Below, in pieces: positions 13,904 to 27,078 of a stretch of 64,000 nt of DNA. This stretch comes from Phoronis australis. Lineage: Eukaryota; Animalia; Phoronida. The notes under the pieces were generated by a model. It was given only the letters and a program-made list of their open reading frames with translations. It ran no database searches and had not been told where the DNA came from. Position numbers and translations under genes: made by a program. Position 1 is the first letter of the stretch. Every line of letters begins with the position of its first letter. The stretch spans positions 326,434 through 390,433 of the forward strand of contig NMRA01000150.1 in assembly GCA_002633005.1 (NCBI GenBank). Reading direction: 5' to 3'.

Positions 13904-14252
13904 CTCCCATGATATTAGGGTTCTTCTTGTGGTGTTCATAAGTTGCACGTGGCTGAAAACCATAGGGAATTGACTGCAGATTATGGCTTGTCCTCAACAC
14001 ACCCTGTTCCTCTGTTGTAGCAGAGCTATTCTGTGACATCTCCGACATTCTACGGTTCAAGATGGTGGCCTGTATCTGACGGAACACTGGGTCGTCAGAA
14101 ATCTCCACAGGATCCACATCATCAAGGGGAGGACTGTTGTGATTGTCGTCTAAAATGGCCAACCCATGAGTCGTGCTGTTCTGCTGCCGGTCCACTTCAC
14201 TGACTACTTGCCGAATGCCGTTGGCAATTTCTGCGACATGTTCGGCACTCAT
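13904..14252 (-). CDS. WD40-repeat gene, first coding exon (MSAEHVAEIA...IPYGFQPRATYEHHKKNPNIMG); acceptor gives exon start 14287
   Basis: Acceptor ctttgttttctag ends at 14288; ATG at 14252; donor GGAG|gtacga at 13903. The phase-1 join to the next exon gives NIMG-VCYNGRF. Confidence 0.7.
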
Positions 14253-14700
14253 GGTACTCCTATATTTTCCAGACTCCAAACTCTTATCTAGAAAACAAAG
14301 AATTTATTAATTATAAAGTGTGGCGTGATTAACAACAGATCTTTGTTATACAAGAGGAGCTCCTGACAAATTAGTCGAATTATGAGTCAGTGCTTAAAAA
14401 TCACCAATTCTATACCGAAAACACCAAAAAACTCTTATCAGTCGATCAGAAATTGGAACACCCGCAAACACTATCTGACGTTACGTTAATTAGTTAACCT
14501 TAAGTTATAAGTATTTTCTGTTATGTCATACATCCCATGAGCAGCATTTTGCATTTTTCTCACAAGAATTGTACAATTATGTAATCAGCAATTTACCAAA
14601 CAGACTATGTGATGTGCAAATCTTGTGTAAAAAGGGCCAAAAGCTGCTGGTGGGATGTGTGACATAACAGTTAGCTACAAACAGTAATTGCACATATATC

Positions 14701-14795
14701 GGGTCCTCAGTAGCTCAATAGTAAGAGCAATAGACCAGCAATCTAGACACCTGTGATTCGATTACCAGTTAGGGTTCCAGATTTTTCTGTGTTCA
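14701..14795 (+). mobile_element. Degenerate tRNA-derived SINE head
   Basis: A-box-like TAGCTCAATAG and B-box-like GATTCGATTAC at tRNA spacing; no intact cloverleaf. Confidence 0.5.
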
Positions 14796-15851
14796 TCTGA
14801 CATATTTCACTTTTGGCCAACCTCAGTGTCTATGTATGTTTACTAAACATTTATTGGTTAATACACAACACCAAAATTGGGATAACCAACCATTGTGTCA
14901 GCATGTACCGGTATATTGCTGCTCATTCCCATGGTTTATGGCTGGGTTCGTTGAGTGAAAGCGGGGGGTTCGTTGTGAGAATGGCANGGCATTGTGTTGG
15001 CGGTGGATAGATTGTGACAACTCAGTATTTGACCTCAATGCGGCTTCACTTTCCAAAGAGATATTAGAGAAGCAAGGATGTGACATGTTCATAGCGTGAA
15101 ATGTTCGTGATAGAATCTCAGGTGTTAGGAATTGTAAACTTGCCGCTTTTATCAGAGATTTCAATAGCTTATTACCCATTCAGGCTCTATGAGCAATAAA
15201 CACGATAAACATGGTAATTACGCCTGGTTTTGGCAATGGAACTTAATTAGGTCCTGAGGTAATGTTTATAGACGTGAAATCACATGTTACCCGCCAAACA
15301 AAGGTTTGTGGTCTTCTCAGGAATTTCCACTGACTCAAAAATAAGGCAAGGTTTTTCAGGTCGGTCTATCACGACCAAAACGCATTATGTTGTGCGCATG
15401 AAACTCGGGTGTTGCGTGTTGGTGGACATGACCCAGATACTGACTGGCACTGGATACATTCATACACCACATCCATGACAGTGGTGCAAAGAAACGTTCA
15501 GTTTAAGTTTCTTCTATTTCCTCACTTTTGGGATATTGAGCGCCCCCTTGTGATATGCAGGAAGGCTTAATGAAGCTGACATGTAGTCAATTGTCAAAAC
15601 AAGGTAAGCAGCTTTAACTGAACTCTTATAGATATCAAACAAAGTATAACAAGGCCCTCCTCGCATGACTCACACTGATACAAACAGTTAGAATGACAGA
15701 AGACCTCATTGTGTTGTTGATATCAAGCACACTTAGAATGACAGGGCCTCTCACTATGTGACTTAAATTGATGTCAAAGATAGCTAGGATGACAGAGGGC
15801 CTCATGGTATGACTATGTTCAGCTAAGGGGTTCTGCCATCCACACACTGAG

Positions 15852-16324
15852 CAGGCCTTTATCCAGGATTTCGAAAATAGGGTGTCCAAAATCAGGGGTT
15901 CCCAATATTCCAGGGCGTCCATAATTCCGACGCGTAACCCCCTCACCCCCAGCAATCCCTCCAAACACAGATTTTTTTTTTAAAATGCATAGACCAAGGT
16001 TTTTACATCTAAGTTTACTAAACAGCTTTCTGTAGTGAGCATTTTAATAAAAAAATTGATGTAGACCAAGACTTTTACAAGGCTATCAACCAAGTGTGAG
16101 CACAGCAACAAAGTATATAAATTGTATATTTCTTCCTGCTTTGAAAAAAGAGCCCCCACTGAGCCTTCAGAGGCTTCCTAGTAATCATTACAATGAATCT
16201 GTCCAAACTTGAAAGGTTCCTATTGACAGTGGGCGTCCAAATGGTACATTGGGCATCCTTGCCAGAGCGTCCAGTATTACTGCGTCCAAATGGACGCCCA
16301 GGACGTACGCTGCATAAAGGCCTG
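15852..16324. mobile_element. hAT-type MITE
   Basis: TIRs CAGGCCTTTATCCAG / CTGCATAAAGGCCTG; perfect 8-bp TSD ACACTGAG (15844-15851 and 16325-16332). Confidence 0.9.
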
Positions 16325-16681
16325 ACACTGAGTATGTGGTCATGTTCTGCCAGGGATTCTTCCACCCACAGTGGATGTGGTCGTGTTCTGCTATGGGGTT
16401 CTACCATCCACAAAGTACATGGTCATGTTCTGTTGGGGGGTCTACCATCCACAGAGTACATGCATGTTCAGCTAGGATGTTCTACCATCCACAGAGTATG
16501 TGGTCATGTTCTGCTAGGGCATGAAAGCGTTCTCCGCCCAGCAAGATCAGTGACTTTACCAGAGGTAGAGAGTGGTGACCATGTGATAACATCTAGCTCC
16601 TTTGTTAACTGTCAAGCACACTCTTTTGTCTGGTGACAACAGGTAGGCCTACACCAGGCTTATTACAGACCACATGTGAAC

Positions 16682-17050
16682 ACAGCCAAACCCAGAGCAA
16701 ATTGGTACATTTGGAAAGAATAGATCGTTGAAACTTCAGTTGTAGTTGGGCAATTTTGGAGATTCAAAAGCTAAACATGATCAGCAATTCAGTTGACGAG
16801 GAATTCATCAATGCCATTGGCTAAGGTTCAAATATGTTATACCTTAACTTATATTTTTAAAAACACAGCCCAGTCATGCTAAATATGATCTTAATTGGAG
16901 ATTAGAGCATTGTCGAACACTAAAAGAGAGCTGGCCCTCCAACCATAAATGCCAGAATGGAGTTATTAATCAGTCGTGTAAGATATTGGCTACAGGGGTC
17001 ATCTTCCCAACTTGTTATTGGGCTGTAGAATCCAACAAGATGGGATCACC
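16682..17050 (+). repeat. Dispersed repeat, copy 2
   Basis: Collinear similarity to 3670-4030. Confidence 0.7.
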
Positions 17051-19013
17051 AGGAAAATGCAGTAATGGGTTCTACTACAGAGAGGAAGACGTGAAGATCG
17101 AGAGAGCACTGCCAGGCAATTTTATCTAAAATCAAATGTGTAAAATTTACTAGTAATCCACAAAATGCTTATGTTGCATGTTGTTTCACTTCAGATGTAT
17201 TCGAGTAAGCATATTTGTAAAAAGTTTGTTAAAAATATGTTCTTGGCTCTTGCTACCACTTATTTTTTTACCAATAACTTGATTCGGTTGATTGTCCTGA
17301 GACCTGCACTTGGTGAATTCCTTGCAACAAAAGTCCAATAACTTATTGATCTCCAGGTGATGTAACACTTGTGATAATGCCAATATCTTTAGTTTGAACA
17401 GAACTGAGGCATGAATGAAAATTTTGTAGGGGATCGGGCAGGTAAACTGATACCCCAGTGAGTTATAAAACTTAGAAAGGTGATGGGATGGATGAAGAAC
17501 ATATCAATTAAAGCTCATCTGATTGTACGATCACTGTTAAGTCTGACTGGGAAGCCAAATGCACCCAAGCAGTTTTTGTGTAAGAAATATAATTTATGTT
17601 CATTAGAACAAAATAGCGATAATTTACTAATTACTCCATGAAGATTAATTTAGCTGGTGCTGATTTTTACGACACAAAAGTGCAGAATACACTGCACAGT
17701 AATAGTCCACAAGATGTCTCTGATGACATAATTATTTTATTTGTAATGCACTAGTAATCTATTGCTAAAATGTAATAAATTTTATTTTGATGTTACAGGA
17801 TAATGCTTTCACACTACACTTTGTGCTGATTATGAATTCAAGGTTATTCCTGTTCTAATTAAGCCAAATGAGTTGCAACTGCACCTTACGTTTCCCACCA
17901 GAATTTACTGCAGTACTAGCCATAAGGGTACTTCTTGTAGTTTTCAGGAATGCTACTACAGTAATTGTGGTAAATCCCTGCCTCCAAAACAGCTCAGTGT
18001 AACAGCACAAACTGTGCAAGATTAGACAAATGTAGAGAATAGAGATGATTACATCTAGCTTCCATGCTGATGAATTAGATATGCTCTGTAGAACAAAATC
18101 TTTTGTGTGACCTATACCTAGCAAATATAGAGTGAACAAAAGGTCACTTTGAAAGGCATTTTCAGCACTACAAACACTTCAAGTATGGGAGACAGATAAA
18201 AACAGTGATAGTGACTATAATTTTCGATGTTGTAAAGATCTAACAAACTATAAATAAATGTCGCTTTCTTGTGAGGACAATACAGAATGCCTAAGGGTTA
18301 GGTCACTACATCTTGGCCATAGGTACAGGTCCCCACTGCATTCACATGTTTTGTATGTGATAACTGCCAACATGTTTGTAACTGGTCGATGTAACATGTG
18401 ACCATAGAGTGTGAAAGTCACCTTCGTCAGAATCCAGACGTTAATAAAATTCGGACTTTTCTGTGATCATACACAACCTTAAACACACTACTCCAGTTGG
18501 GATTAATATTTCACAACATGCTATAGACACAATGGTGCTAAATTGTCGGTTGCTTTCAAAACTAATGAAGCCACAGGTAGGAAAATAAGTAATTATTAAT
18601 TTCTAGGACCAAAAAAATCTACACCATCTGAGAGCTAGTACATGTCTCAATGGAAAATTGTCAGTGATTTCTGATCCCATGTAACAGGGGAAATTTACCA
18701 CAGCGGAGCTGGGTATAAAAATGGGTTTAAACTCTTAGTATATCAGTTTGAAGCTTGATGATATGTTTGCAAGTGAATTAAGACTCCATTAGAACTGGTC
18801 CTGCTGTAACTCTTTGGTGATGAAATATGACCACTGACATTTGAACTACTTGTAGTTTCTACAGGTCTATGTAATTAAAACAGTGTTGACATTGGCACCT
18901 CATGTGGTTGCCAATAAATCAAAGATTGAGAACCTAGTCACATATTCACTAAGAGAACCCAGTCACATATTGATTCACTAAGTCAACAAGACACAAAGCT
19001 GCTAAAGAGCAGA

Positions 19014-19690
19014 TCATGTAACTGTGCATTTAAACTCAAGTCATGACATCAGTAACAAACCAACACAAATTAGTGAAATAAGGACTTGGTGCAAAGTGCT
19101 AAGAACATCTTTAATTTCAGACGTAGGACCAGAAAGGGTGCCAAAGTAGTCCATACTGCTCACAATGTAATACAGGAATCTCAAGCACCCACTGTTTGTC
19201 TCTTGTCAGACCCCCCTGGACAAAATCCTACATCAAATGCTGCTTTAGATTTATAGCGACAGACTTTTATTGACACTATCAACTTAATCCAGCATGTCAA
19301 ATATCTAGAGCCTGTCACGAGCCTCTAACACTCTAAGTTATTTTTTGATCACNTCATGTAACTGTGCATTTAAACTCAAGTCATGACATCAGTAACAAAC
19401 CAACACAAATTAGTGAAATAAGGACTTGGTGCAAAGTGCTAAGAACATCCTTAATTTCAGACGTAGGACCAGAAAGTGTGCCAAAGTAGTCGCATACTGC
19501 TCACAATGTAATACAGGAATCTCAAGCACCCACTGTTTGTCTCTTGTCAGACCCCCCTGGACAAAATCCTGCATCAAATGCTTTAGATTTATAGCGACAG
19601 ACTTTTATTGACACTATCAACTTAATCCAGCATGTCAAATATCTAGAGCCTGTCACGAGCATCTAACACTCTAAGTTATTTTTTGATCAC
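19014..19690. repeat. Tandem duplicate 19014-19352 / 19354-19690 joined by a single N
   Basis: Near-identical copies on either side of the N at 19353; probable uncollapsed haplotypes. Confidence 0.85.
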
Positions 19691-19825
19691 CAGCATTTCC
19701 AAGTTTAAATGTGGAAATATGTGTGGCAACTATATCGTCACTCCTACTAAATATTTTCTAGCAGACATTTTAGTCTGTGTCAAGTATTGCATTTATACCC
19801 TGCAGAGTTTGGAACTATTTGGAAA

Positions 19826-20075
19826 GGGGGGACACTGGGCCCCATAGCCACAGGAGCGACACTGGGCCCCATGGCCACAGGAGGGTTACTAGGCCCCATG
19901 GCCACAGGAGAGACACATGGGCCCCATGGCCACAGGAGGGTTACTGGGTCCCATAGCTATAGGAGGGACACTGGGCCCCATGGCCACAGGGAGGGGGAAC
20001 TGGGCCCCATAGCCACAAGGGGGAACTGGGTCCCATTGCCACAGGAAGGACACTGGGCCCCATAGCCACAGGAAA
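19826..20075. repeat. GC-rich ~30-bp minisatellite, ~8 copies
   Basis: Core ACTGGGCCCCATGGCCACAGGAGGG. Confidence 0.9.
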
Positions 20076-21755
20076 GGTGAAATTCAGTCCACACTTCACT
20101 ACTCATGTATGACTATGGATGTCTTTTAAACACCAAGAGTCCAAATTTAGGATGCAAAGAGCCAACTTTTCTCTCACATGTAATATACACCTAAAAATGA
20201 CAGCTTTCAAAGTGATTACTGTCTTCATCGACTCCTCTTGATGGCAAGAATTCCAAACTATTTTTGTGGCTGTTGACTTTTCTCTGCCAACGTTATGTTT
20301 ATCAGTGTATAAGCATTCAGCCCGGCAATCATAATGCCTTGTTTGCAGAACTCCTGAATACTACAAAAAATCTTAAGTCTATTGACAGATTCTTGGATCT
20401 AGTATGCTATAATCAAGATAGTGCCACCATCTCAACTATCAGAGGTGGCCTGAAGCTTTTCAGTGAATTATGCCTCAAACTGACTAAAGCATCAAAGTCA
20501 CGTTGCAATGCTATAAGTACCATTTTACAAGGGGTTCCCAGGTGCGAGCACTATAAAAATGACCAATTACCGATTTGGGCAATTATTGTAGTTGGAAGTA
20601 ATTAAAGACTTCAACAGTTTCCTGATGGTGTCTCTCCAAATGTAACAGGCACTTAAGCAACATGACCTTGAACATTTAATTAATCAGTGTGAGGAATAAT
20701 TTCCAGAAAAGCGTCAAGCCTATGGGATGGCCACCTTCCCTATTGCCAATTGAGACGATGATAATGTCTAGTTCTGATCTAGTCCACATGTAGTCCCTAG
20801 GATGGCTACATGGGGCTACATTACTGCCCATCACTTTCTGTACTAATTTTATGGCATGTAATTTAAACAGGCGGTAATCCAAATCTGGTCATCGAATAAC
20901 AGGTTTTCATCTTGTCAAACATACATTTTACACATCACATTGTCACTTAAACATGTGCTGAATTCTCTTCAGTGATCCTTTCAGGATCTACAAATATCTT
21001 AATGAAGCATGTGTACAGGAATTAAGAAGACTTTTGGCAGAGAATTCCAACTCCACTTTTTTGATCGCGCACGATAACCACGCAGAGAATTTCAATTAAT
21101 ATTACACAAGTTAGCCAAAGACGGACCATACCGCGTGACCTTTCTTGCGACACTAGCAAAATGTACCATAGGAAGGTATCCAGTGGAATTTGTAAGATTT
21201 GTGTCCCTTGGATTTTTGTTTGTCAGCATGTGTATGTTCGCATAACTTCCCCAAAACAGCACCCATGCAGTGAATAGTGACAGGTTTTCATGGATATGTT
21301 CAAAATAATGTAGACTAAATTGTGTCCAAAGTCTAACTTGAAATGTGTATACATGTTTCACTCAATTTTTCTCACTGTGTTTTAAGATGAGTACGTCTTT
21401 ATGGGTGTGTATTATCATCCCTATATGCCCACATTGCACAGGGGATGTAATGACCTGGCTCCAATTCAAATCAATTGCCATTCAAGTGATAGCAGGCCTA
21501 TGGGAATTGTATTTCAGTTAAGTAATTCTATTAATTGTCTTCTCACTAAAAACGTTCAGCAAAGTTTTCAAACGACCGTCATTAAGCTACTGCCCGTACA
21601 CTGCCAGCAGCATGAAAACCATGGCCATGGCCATGGGACTTCGATCGCCTCCGCCATCGCCATCGGCAGTTAACTTTTGAAACAGTGAAGTCGTATAAAG
21701 TCAAAGTTAAACTAGTTAAATTGATTATGTATTAATAAGTTCTTGTATAACTTAC

Positions 21756-21860
21756 GAAGATTATAGTCACATGATGACCACTGTAAAGCATGATCCAGAA
21801 GTGTAACTTCAGAAATTCATCTTGCGGTGCGGCACTTGCAACTCAATCGTCCATATTGTT
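21756..21860 (-). other. Putative non-coding first exon of the WD40 gene
   Basis: Strong minus-strand donor GTAAGT immediately below 21756, next to the CTTNBP2 start region; the coding exon at 14287 has an acceptor and so needs an upstream exon. The 5' end is approximate. Confidence 0.4.
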
Positions 21861-22121
21861 TATACGTTGGTAACGACTGCCAGGTGTTCGAAAGAGGGCG
21901 CTTTGAAATCACGTGACTGTGATGGTACCCGAGCTTTCACTAGTCGATTTTTGACAATTTGTTGATTTTTTATTTGTAAATATACGCTGTAGAAATCATG
22001 TGTCATTGTGTGAACAGTACGGAATATTCTGCGTTTCCAAGGACCATTAGATAAGTGGGATATCGCTGGAACACTCAACTTTTCATTGATCGACAAAAGA
22101 AGGGAATTATCCAACATGGCG
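21850..22121. promoter_or_regulatory. Putative bidirectional promoter between the WD40 gene and CTTNBP2
   Basis: CpG-richer stretch; extended E-box TCACGTGAC (21909-21917); forkhead-like TGTTTA (21857-21862) next to RFX half-site GGTAAC (21869-21874); YY1-like CAACATGGCG over the CTTNBP2 ATG. Confidence 0.45.
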
Positions 22122-22178
22122 ACCAATTCCAGAGTGAATTATAAGGCGAGCGATTCAGTGCCGTCAAATACGTTAAAA
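22116..22178 (+). CDS. CTTNBP2: CTTNBP2 exon 1 (MATNSRVNYKASDSVPSNTLK)
   Basis: Good Kozak context aacATGG, gtaagt donor, 63 bp phase 0, in frame with exon 2; MAT start as in vertebrate CTTNBP2. Confidence 0.75.
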
Positions 22179-24235
22179 GTAAGTTATTTCTCACCCTTTT
22201 CGCCTGTCCTATAATGTGGCAGTCACTTTTTTCAACAAACTGCGTCTGCCTTTAAAATGCGTTAGAATGAGTAGCTGTATTACGAAGCATATTAAAGTGA
22301 CTAGACGAAGTCTAGTAGTATCAGTAAGACCATAATCCATATTCCACAGAGTTCCATGACTAATGACTTGTCTTGTTCATTTGCCTTTACTCAGTCATTG
22401 TGCATTTCACGGAAGTTGTGCCATTTAATTAGAGCTGCAACACAGGGACGAAAATAAGTTTTTCATGAAATGACACATGAAATTTTATGGAATGGTATCA
22501 AAACAATTGATAGGTTGTTTTTGGTTTGGTGATTTTTATTAACATATGCGGACACTAGTAGTAGGCCTATACCCAAAGTACCAGTGAAAAAACTCTTAAT
22601 TTGTGTGATGGATGTGACATCTTGTTTTCTTAAGTTTTATTTAACATTAGTTACATTAACAACATAGTTTTATTGTATGGTTGCATTTATGGTTTGTATG
22701 GTTTACTTACACTTACAGCTGATTCGTGTTTTGCAACTAATATCAAAACACCAGTGTTGTTTCTAGAATGTGACAGTAATAGGCCAAATATCCCCAACCC
22801 CACTTTCAAAAAATGGGCCCTGTAGATAAAGTTGATGGTCAAGAGTACATCAGTAAAGCAGCCATTGACAATGTATGCTCGCATACGACGCACAGCATTG
22901 GAAAACCCCTGGAAAAAGAAGTCTACTAAGACGTGTTTGAAATAACGTACGGAAACTCTCAAATGAAAAAGATTGCGACTTTCATACATGCGGTGTCAAT
23001 GCTGACTTAGTCCAAAAACATAGCGGTAAACTTTTCAGATGCAATGTCGCGTTTTCCCATGAAGTGCATATTCATACATGGACTGGACTGCTAAGCCTAT
23101 GTTTTCTCTCAGTCTCATTTCTTGTGTGCTTACAGCTTTCAGTATTCTCGCAATGTCGTACAAAATTCAAGGTTCTGAAGTTCGTACTGGCAACCGGAAT
23201 TCTTTTGCAAAAACTGCCCAATATTGTGTTTACTATTTTGTCCAAAATCTTGAACATATTATTAGGTAGAGTAAACATACCAGTTCACGTGCATTTTTCT
23301 TGTAAGTGTACTTGAGAGTATGACCAGCTAAAACCAATATTTCTAGAAATTATCCACTGGTTTGTCAAAAAAGTTGTATCATAATTATTCCATTTCAAAC
23401 TCATTCTTCTTTTTAGACCGAAATTTAGGAACTCAGAGTGCCGATGTTTCCAGTAGAAATCCGGTACTTTGAAAAGTTCACTGTCCATTGCATGCATATT
23501 TGTGTTTTGTTGATTGAGCTGCAATCAAGAACTGGATCATCTGTCGTATTAGAATATGGGTCAACATCTTTACTTAGAACATTTCTCAGTTTGTAAAATA
23601 AGCCGTAGTCTTTTTAAGCCTTACAGTGGTAGACGACATGACTAAATGTCCAATTAAAATGTTTCGAATGCACATGTTATTTTATAATGGAAGATTGAGA
23701 TGGCATTTGCTGTGCAAAATGTCAGAATTACTCCCTCGAAAATGCAAACGCCGCACGTTGCCACTGTTAACGTAAGGAGTTGGGAACGGCATGACAGTTT
23801 TTCTTGTCAGTTTTTCACGAGGTAATCATAGGTATTGAATCTTCCACCAAAACTCCTCAGAAATTAATGAAATGAGCTCAATTTCGATTGGCCGATGATG
23901 TGAAATATTTACGAAAAGCAACCAATAGTATTCGTCTAAGTGAACATTGCACAAGCAATACCTAAGAAGATTGGAATGTGGCAACCAAAGTGTGGCCTAA
24001 ATTGACTGGCAGAGAAGACGAAAACTTTGGATGGGTTCTTTGCCTTGAATCGTTAAATTCACTATAAGTATGAAAGGCGATGAACACGAATTCTGTCAAC
24101 ACCATCTCGGAAGTGAATCTGGCAAATGTCTGGACTAATGTGAAATCAATCGGACATTATGAAAATAAATCGGGCCTAGTCCGATGGCCGACGATTAGCA
24201 AAATCTCTTCACCTGTAAGCAGTAATTCACAACTA

Positions 24236-25616
24236 CAGTATTTACCCTAATAAGCACCCATGCCCCTATAAGTGCCCCCCCACGCGTTTTCAGACTTTGC
24301 TAAAATAAGCGCCCAGTTCATGAGTGCTGTGTACATGTGAAAAATGCCTTTCCTACAGTTCTAAAATTCTTCAGTGACGTCTTCAATTTACCAATAAGAT
24401 CCCGCAGTCCTGAAAAATCATTGTGCATGGAATTTGTAGATCAGGCGCCTGGCCGCTATGTCGGTATTTAGCTGTGACTATACACTCCAAACTTTCGCTG
24501 TGCTTCAAAACGAACGCAAAAGTTTTGCTGATCTTGCGAGGGACGTGTCCTATTATGGTCTGACCTTTCAGAACAGACGTAGCGTATTTGTCAAAGGGGT
24601 TGTATTGCATCTTTCGGGCACAGATCTTCTACCTTGACAGGAATCCAAATTTCTTTGTATTCATGAAAACCGCGAATCGAAGACTAATAAAAACTTGACC
24701 TTTGTTAAAAACACGTGGCCAGGAAGCGCACGCTACCTACAAGTACCTGTCATCAGAGATTAGTTTTTGGGAATTATCTATTCATGAAGCGGGTAGCACA
24801 GCATCGGCAAGAAATAAATACTGGCACTTATTTGCGAAAGTAAAAAAACATTTGCGCTATTTTTAGGAAGAATTATTAAATTAACCGTAATTGTTGTTTT
24901 AAAGTAAAAATGACCCACTGATAGTGAACACTTCCACACCCTTACACACCCTCAAATCTCCCGAAAAATAACTGTTAGACTGTCACGCATCCAGTCACCC
25001 CGCGACTCAATATCCCTCTTACAGAGACAATTTTCGAATGCTTTTTAGCAGATGAGATCAACAAGTGCTAAATAAAACACGTTCTGTTTTACTGCTTGTG
25101 TTAATTTCTTTAGTTGAACACCTAGATCGTTACATTGCGTTTACTCTGGCAAATGAAATCTGATGACACACGCGCTCGCTCACTCACACAATATGCAGAC
25201 GAACTTCAAAACAAATGTCACGTGACAAGGTGTGTTCGTCCAGAGATTTTTCTCGTGTTGCGGGGTATGAGCTAGCACAGATTTGGGCCGAAAGCCCGAA
25301 ACTATATTTTTACTCAAGGATTCAGGTTGATTTATTGGCGATCGTGAGGCAGCGACACATCAGTCGGCGAGTTTTCACGCTGGGATTTTCTGAAAAATGC
25401 TCGTAATTTAACAAAGTTTGATAGCAATGCACTGCAATTTTGTAGAAACTCTGTCATAGGTTACAGATGTGTCATAGGGTGTAAATTTAATGAATTCTAG
25501 CTTACGATTTCACCTGTTTGGGAGACTGGGTTTCAATGTCCTTGGGCTATTATAAGCGCCCCATTCCTGAAGCTAATTTTTCTAAGGGCCCTGGACGCTT
25601 ATTAGGGCGAATAGGG
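24236..25616 (-). mobile_element. Non-autonomous TIR DNA transposon (pogo/Tc1-mariner-like ends) carrying a HIRAN-like pseudogene
   Basis: TA then CAGTATTTACCCTAATAAGC at left; imperfect inverse GCTTATTAGGGCGAATAGGG at right; subterminal ATAAG[CT]GCCC repeats. Confidence 0.65.
24383..24690 (-). pseudogene. Frameshifted HIRAN-like domain
   Basis: SSIRGFHEYKEIWIP in one frame, then NPFDKYATSVLKGQTIIGHVPRKIS...LQIPC in another; matches the recalled HIRAN pattern RG[YF]H.Y..N..D..A..V....IG[HY]VPR. Confidence 0.7.
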
Positions 25617-26078
25617 AATGTGGAAGCCTAATATATACATATAAAAAGCAATGTTTCATAATTCTCACCATAGTTGTACATTAATGTTATCAAAGTTGTT
25701 AAACTTTCTTGGTGTAGCCAGGAACTGCATCAGTGGCTTCCTGAATCTAAAATCTTTCACCATTTGGAAAGCAATTCATAGAGGCCGTCCTTGCATGACA
25801 CAGTGTGATGTCTACATGTGCAGTAGGCATGATGAAAACAGTGCAATGTCTGTGCAGTCTTCATGACACAACCAGTGCCCTGTGTGTACAGGTGCATGAC
25901 ACAACAAGTGCCCTGTCTGTGCCGTAGGCATGACACAAACAGTCTTTGTCGATACGCAGATTAATATCTCGTGGGATATTACTTCATGTACGCCACTCTC
26001 GGTACGTTTTGTGTATTTCTTTGGCCAACGTCTGGTTGTTTGTCTTCAGTGTTTAATTTTGTTTCTCAAATTCTCCAG

Positions 26079-26180
26079 AGACACCCTAAAATGGAACTCA
26101 ATAAAACGGATCTTCTCAAGTTGCTGAGTTACCTGGAGGGGGAGCTGCAAGCACGGGATGTGGTCATAGCTGCTTTAAAG
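26079..26180 (+). CDS. CTTNBP2: CTTNBP2 exon 2 (RHPKMELNKTDLLKLLSYLEGELQARDVVIAALK)
   Basis: CortBP2 N-terminal signature L..LL..[LM]EGEL.ARD.VI..L; ctccag/gtgagc boundaries. Confidence 0.95.
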
Positions 26181-27078
26181 GTGAGCTCAATTGTTTCAAC
26201 ATTTAGTTTGATGTATTAATTCACTGTGTAAGTCAGGGTTTTAAGATACAGACATTGAGCTGTGATCAGTGTAAGAGTTTGTCTACAGGTGTCTCTTCCG
26301 AATATTCATGGCTTACGGGTACTGGTGCATGTTCAAAGCCAGGTAGGTCATCATGAGGTCAGCTATGACAAGGGCCCTTATCTAGGGAGTTAGATCGTAG
26401 GGAACCATTAGGCAGCTCCACTCTTCTCTTAGTGGGTAATGGGTGATGTGTTAGGAGGGAGTGAAAAGTAGTAATATGTATAATCTCATGGTCAAGTGTT
26501 ATTGTTTAGATCAGGCAGGACATATTTTATCAATGTTATCTTGTAGGCAATACACTACTGTGGTATACTGTACAGGAAACAATATTAGCATTCTTTTCTG
26601 CCCTTATCTTTACCAGCAATGTAAATAAACCAATAATTGATTTTCCTGGTTGAGGTCAAATGTCCATTAAGTTCTGTTGAAACTGGCCCTTCAAGGTCAG
26701 TCATCATAAGTGCTTATTTTCCCAGCCCAAAAGTAGGTCACATGGTCATTGATTGTTATTGCCTAGTAGGCCAATGAGGGTTGTAAAACATAGCATTGTT
26801 TTGTTTTGGCCTGCCTTATTTACCTGCTATGCTCAGGTATGCCTTATGTGCATGCTAACAAAGGCGTTTGTCATCTCTATGTGAAACGAAGCGATATTTA
26901 CCTGTACAAATCAACTATAGGTGCCCCTTGGTCTGTAGACGGCACAATAGGACAGGTGAAGTTGGTCTTCTACCTGTGTTCATATCAGTGTTACAGTGGG
27001 TCTGGTTTGTGAATGAGTTCAAAAGGGGTCTGGTAGGACGTTGAATCTTGTGTCAATGAAGGTACAGAACACGGCAGT

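Noticed and set aside
14701-14775. tRNA gene
   Set aside because: A/B-box-like words are present but the stems do not pair into a cloverleaf; treated as a SINE remnant.
19787-20065. Collagen-like Gly-Pro ORF
   Set aside because: Product of a GC-rich minisatellite with frame-shifting unit lengths; no sustained Gly-X-Y pattern.
22690-24210. Possible decayed hAT/ZNF862-like transposase fragments (STNFRTLNFVRH)
   Set aside because: Too degenerate to support by eye; no clear TIR pair or TSD.
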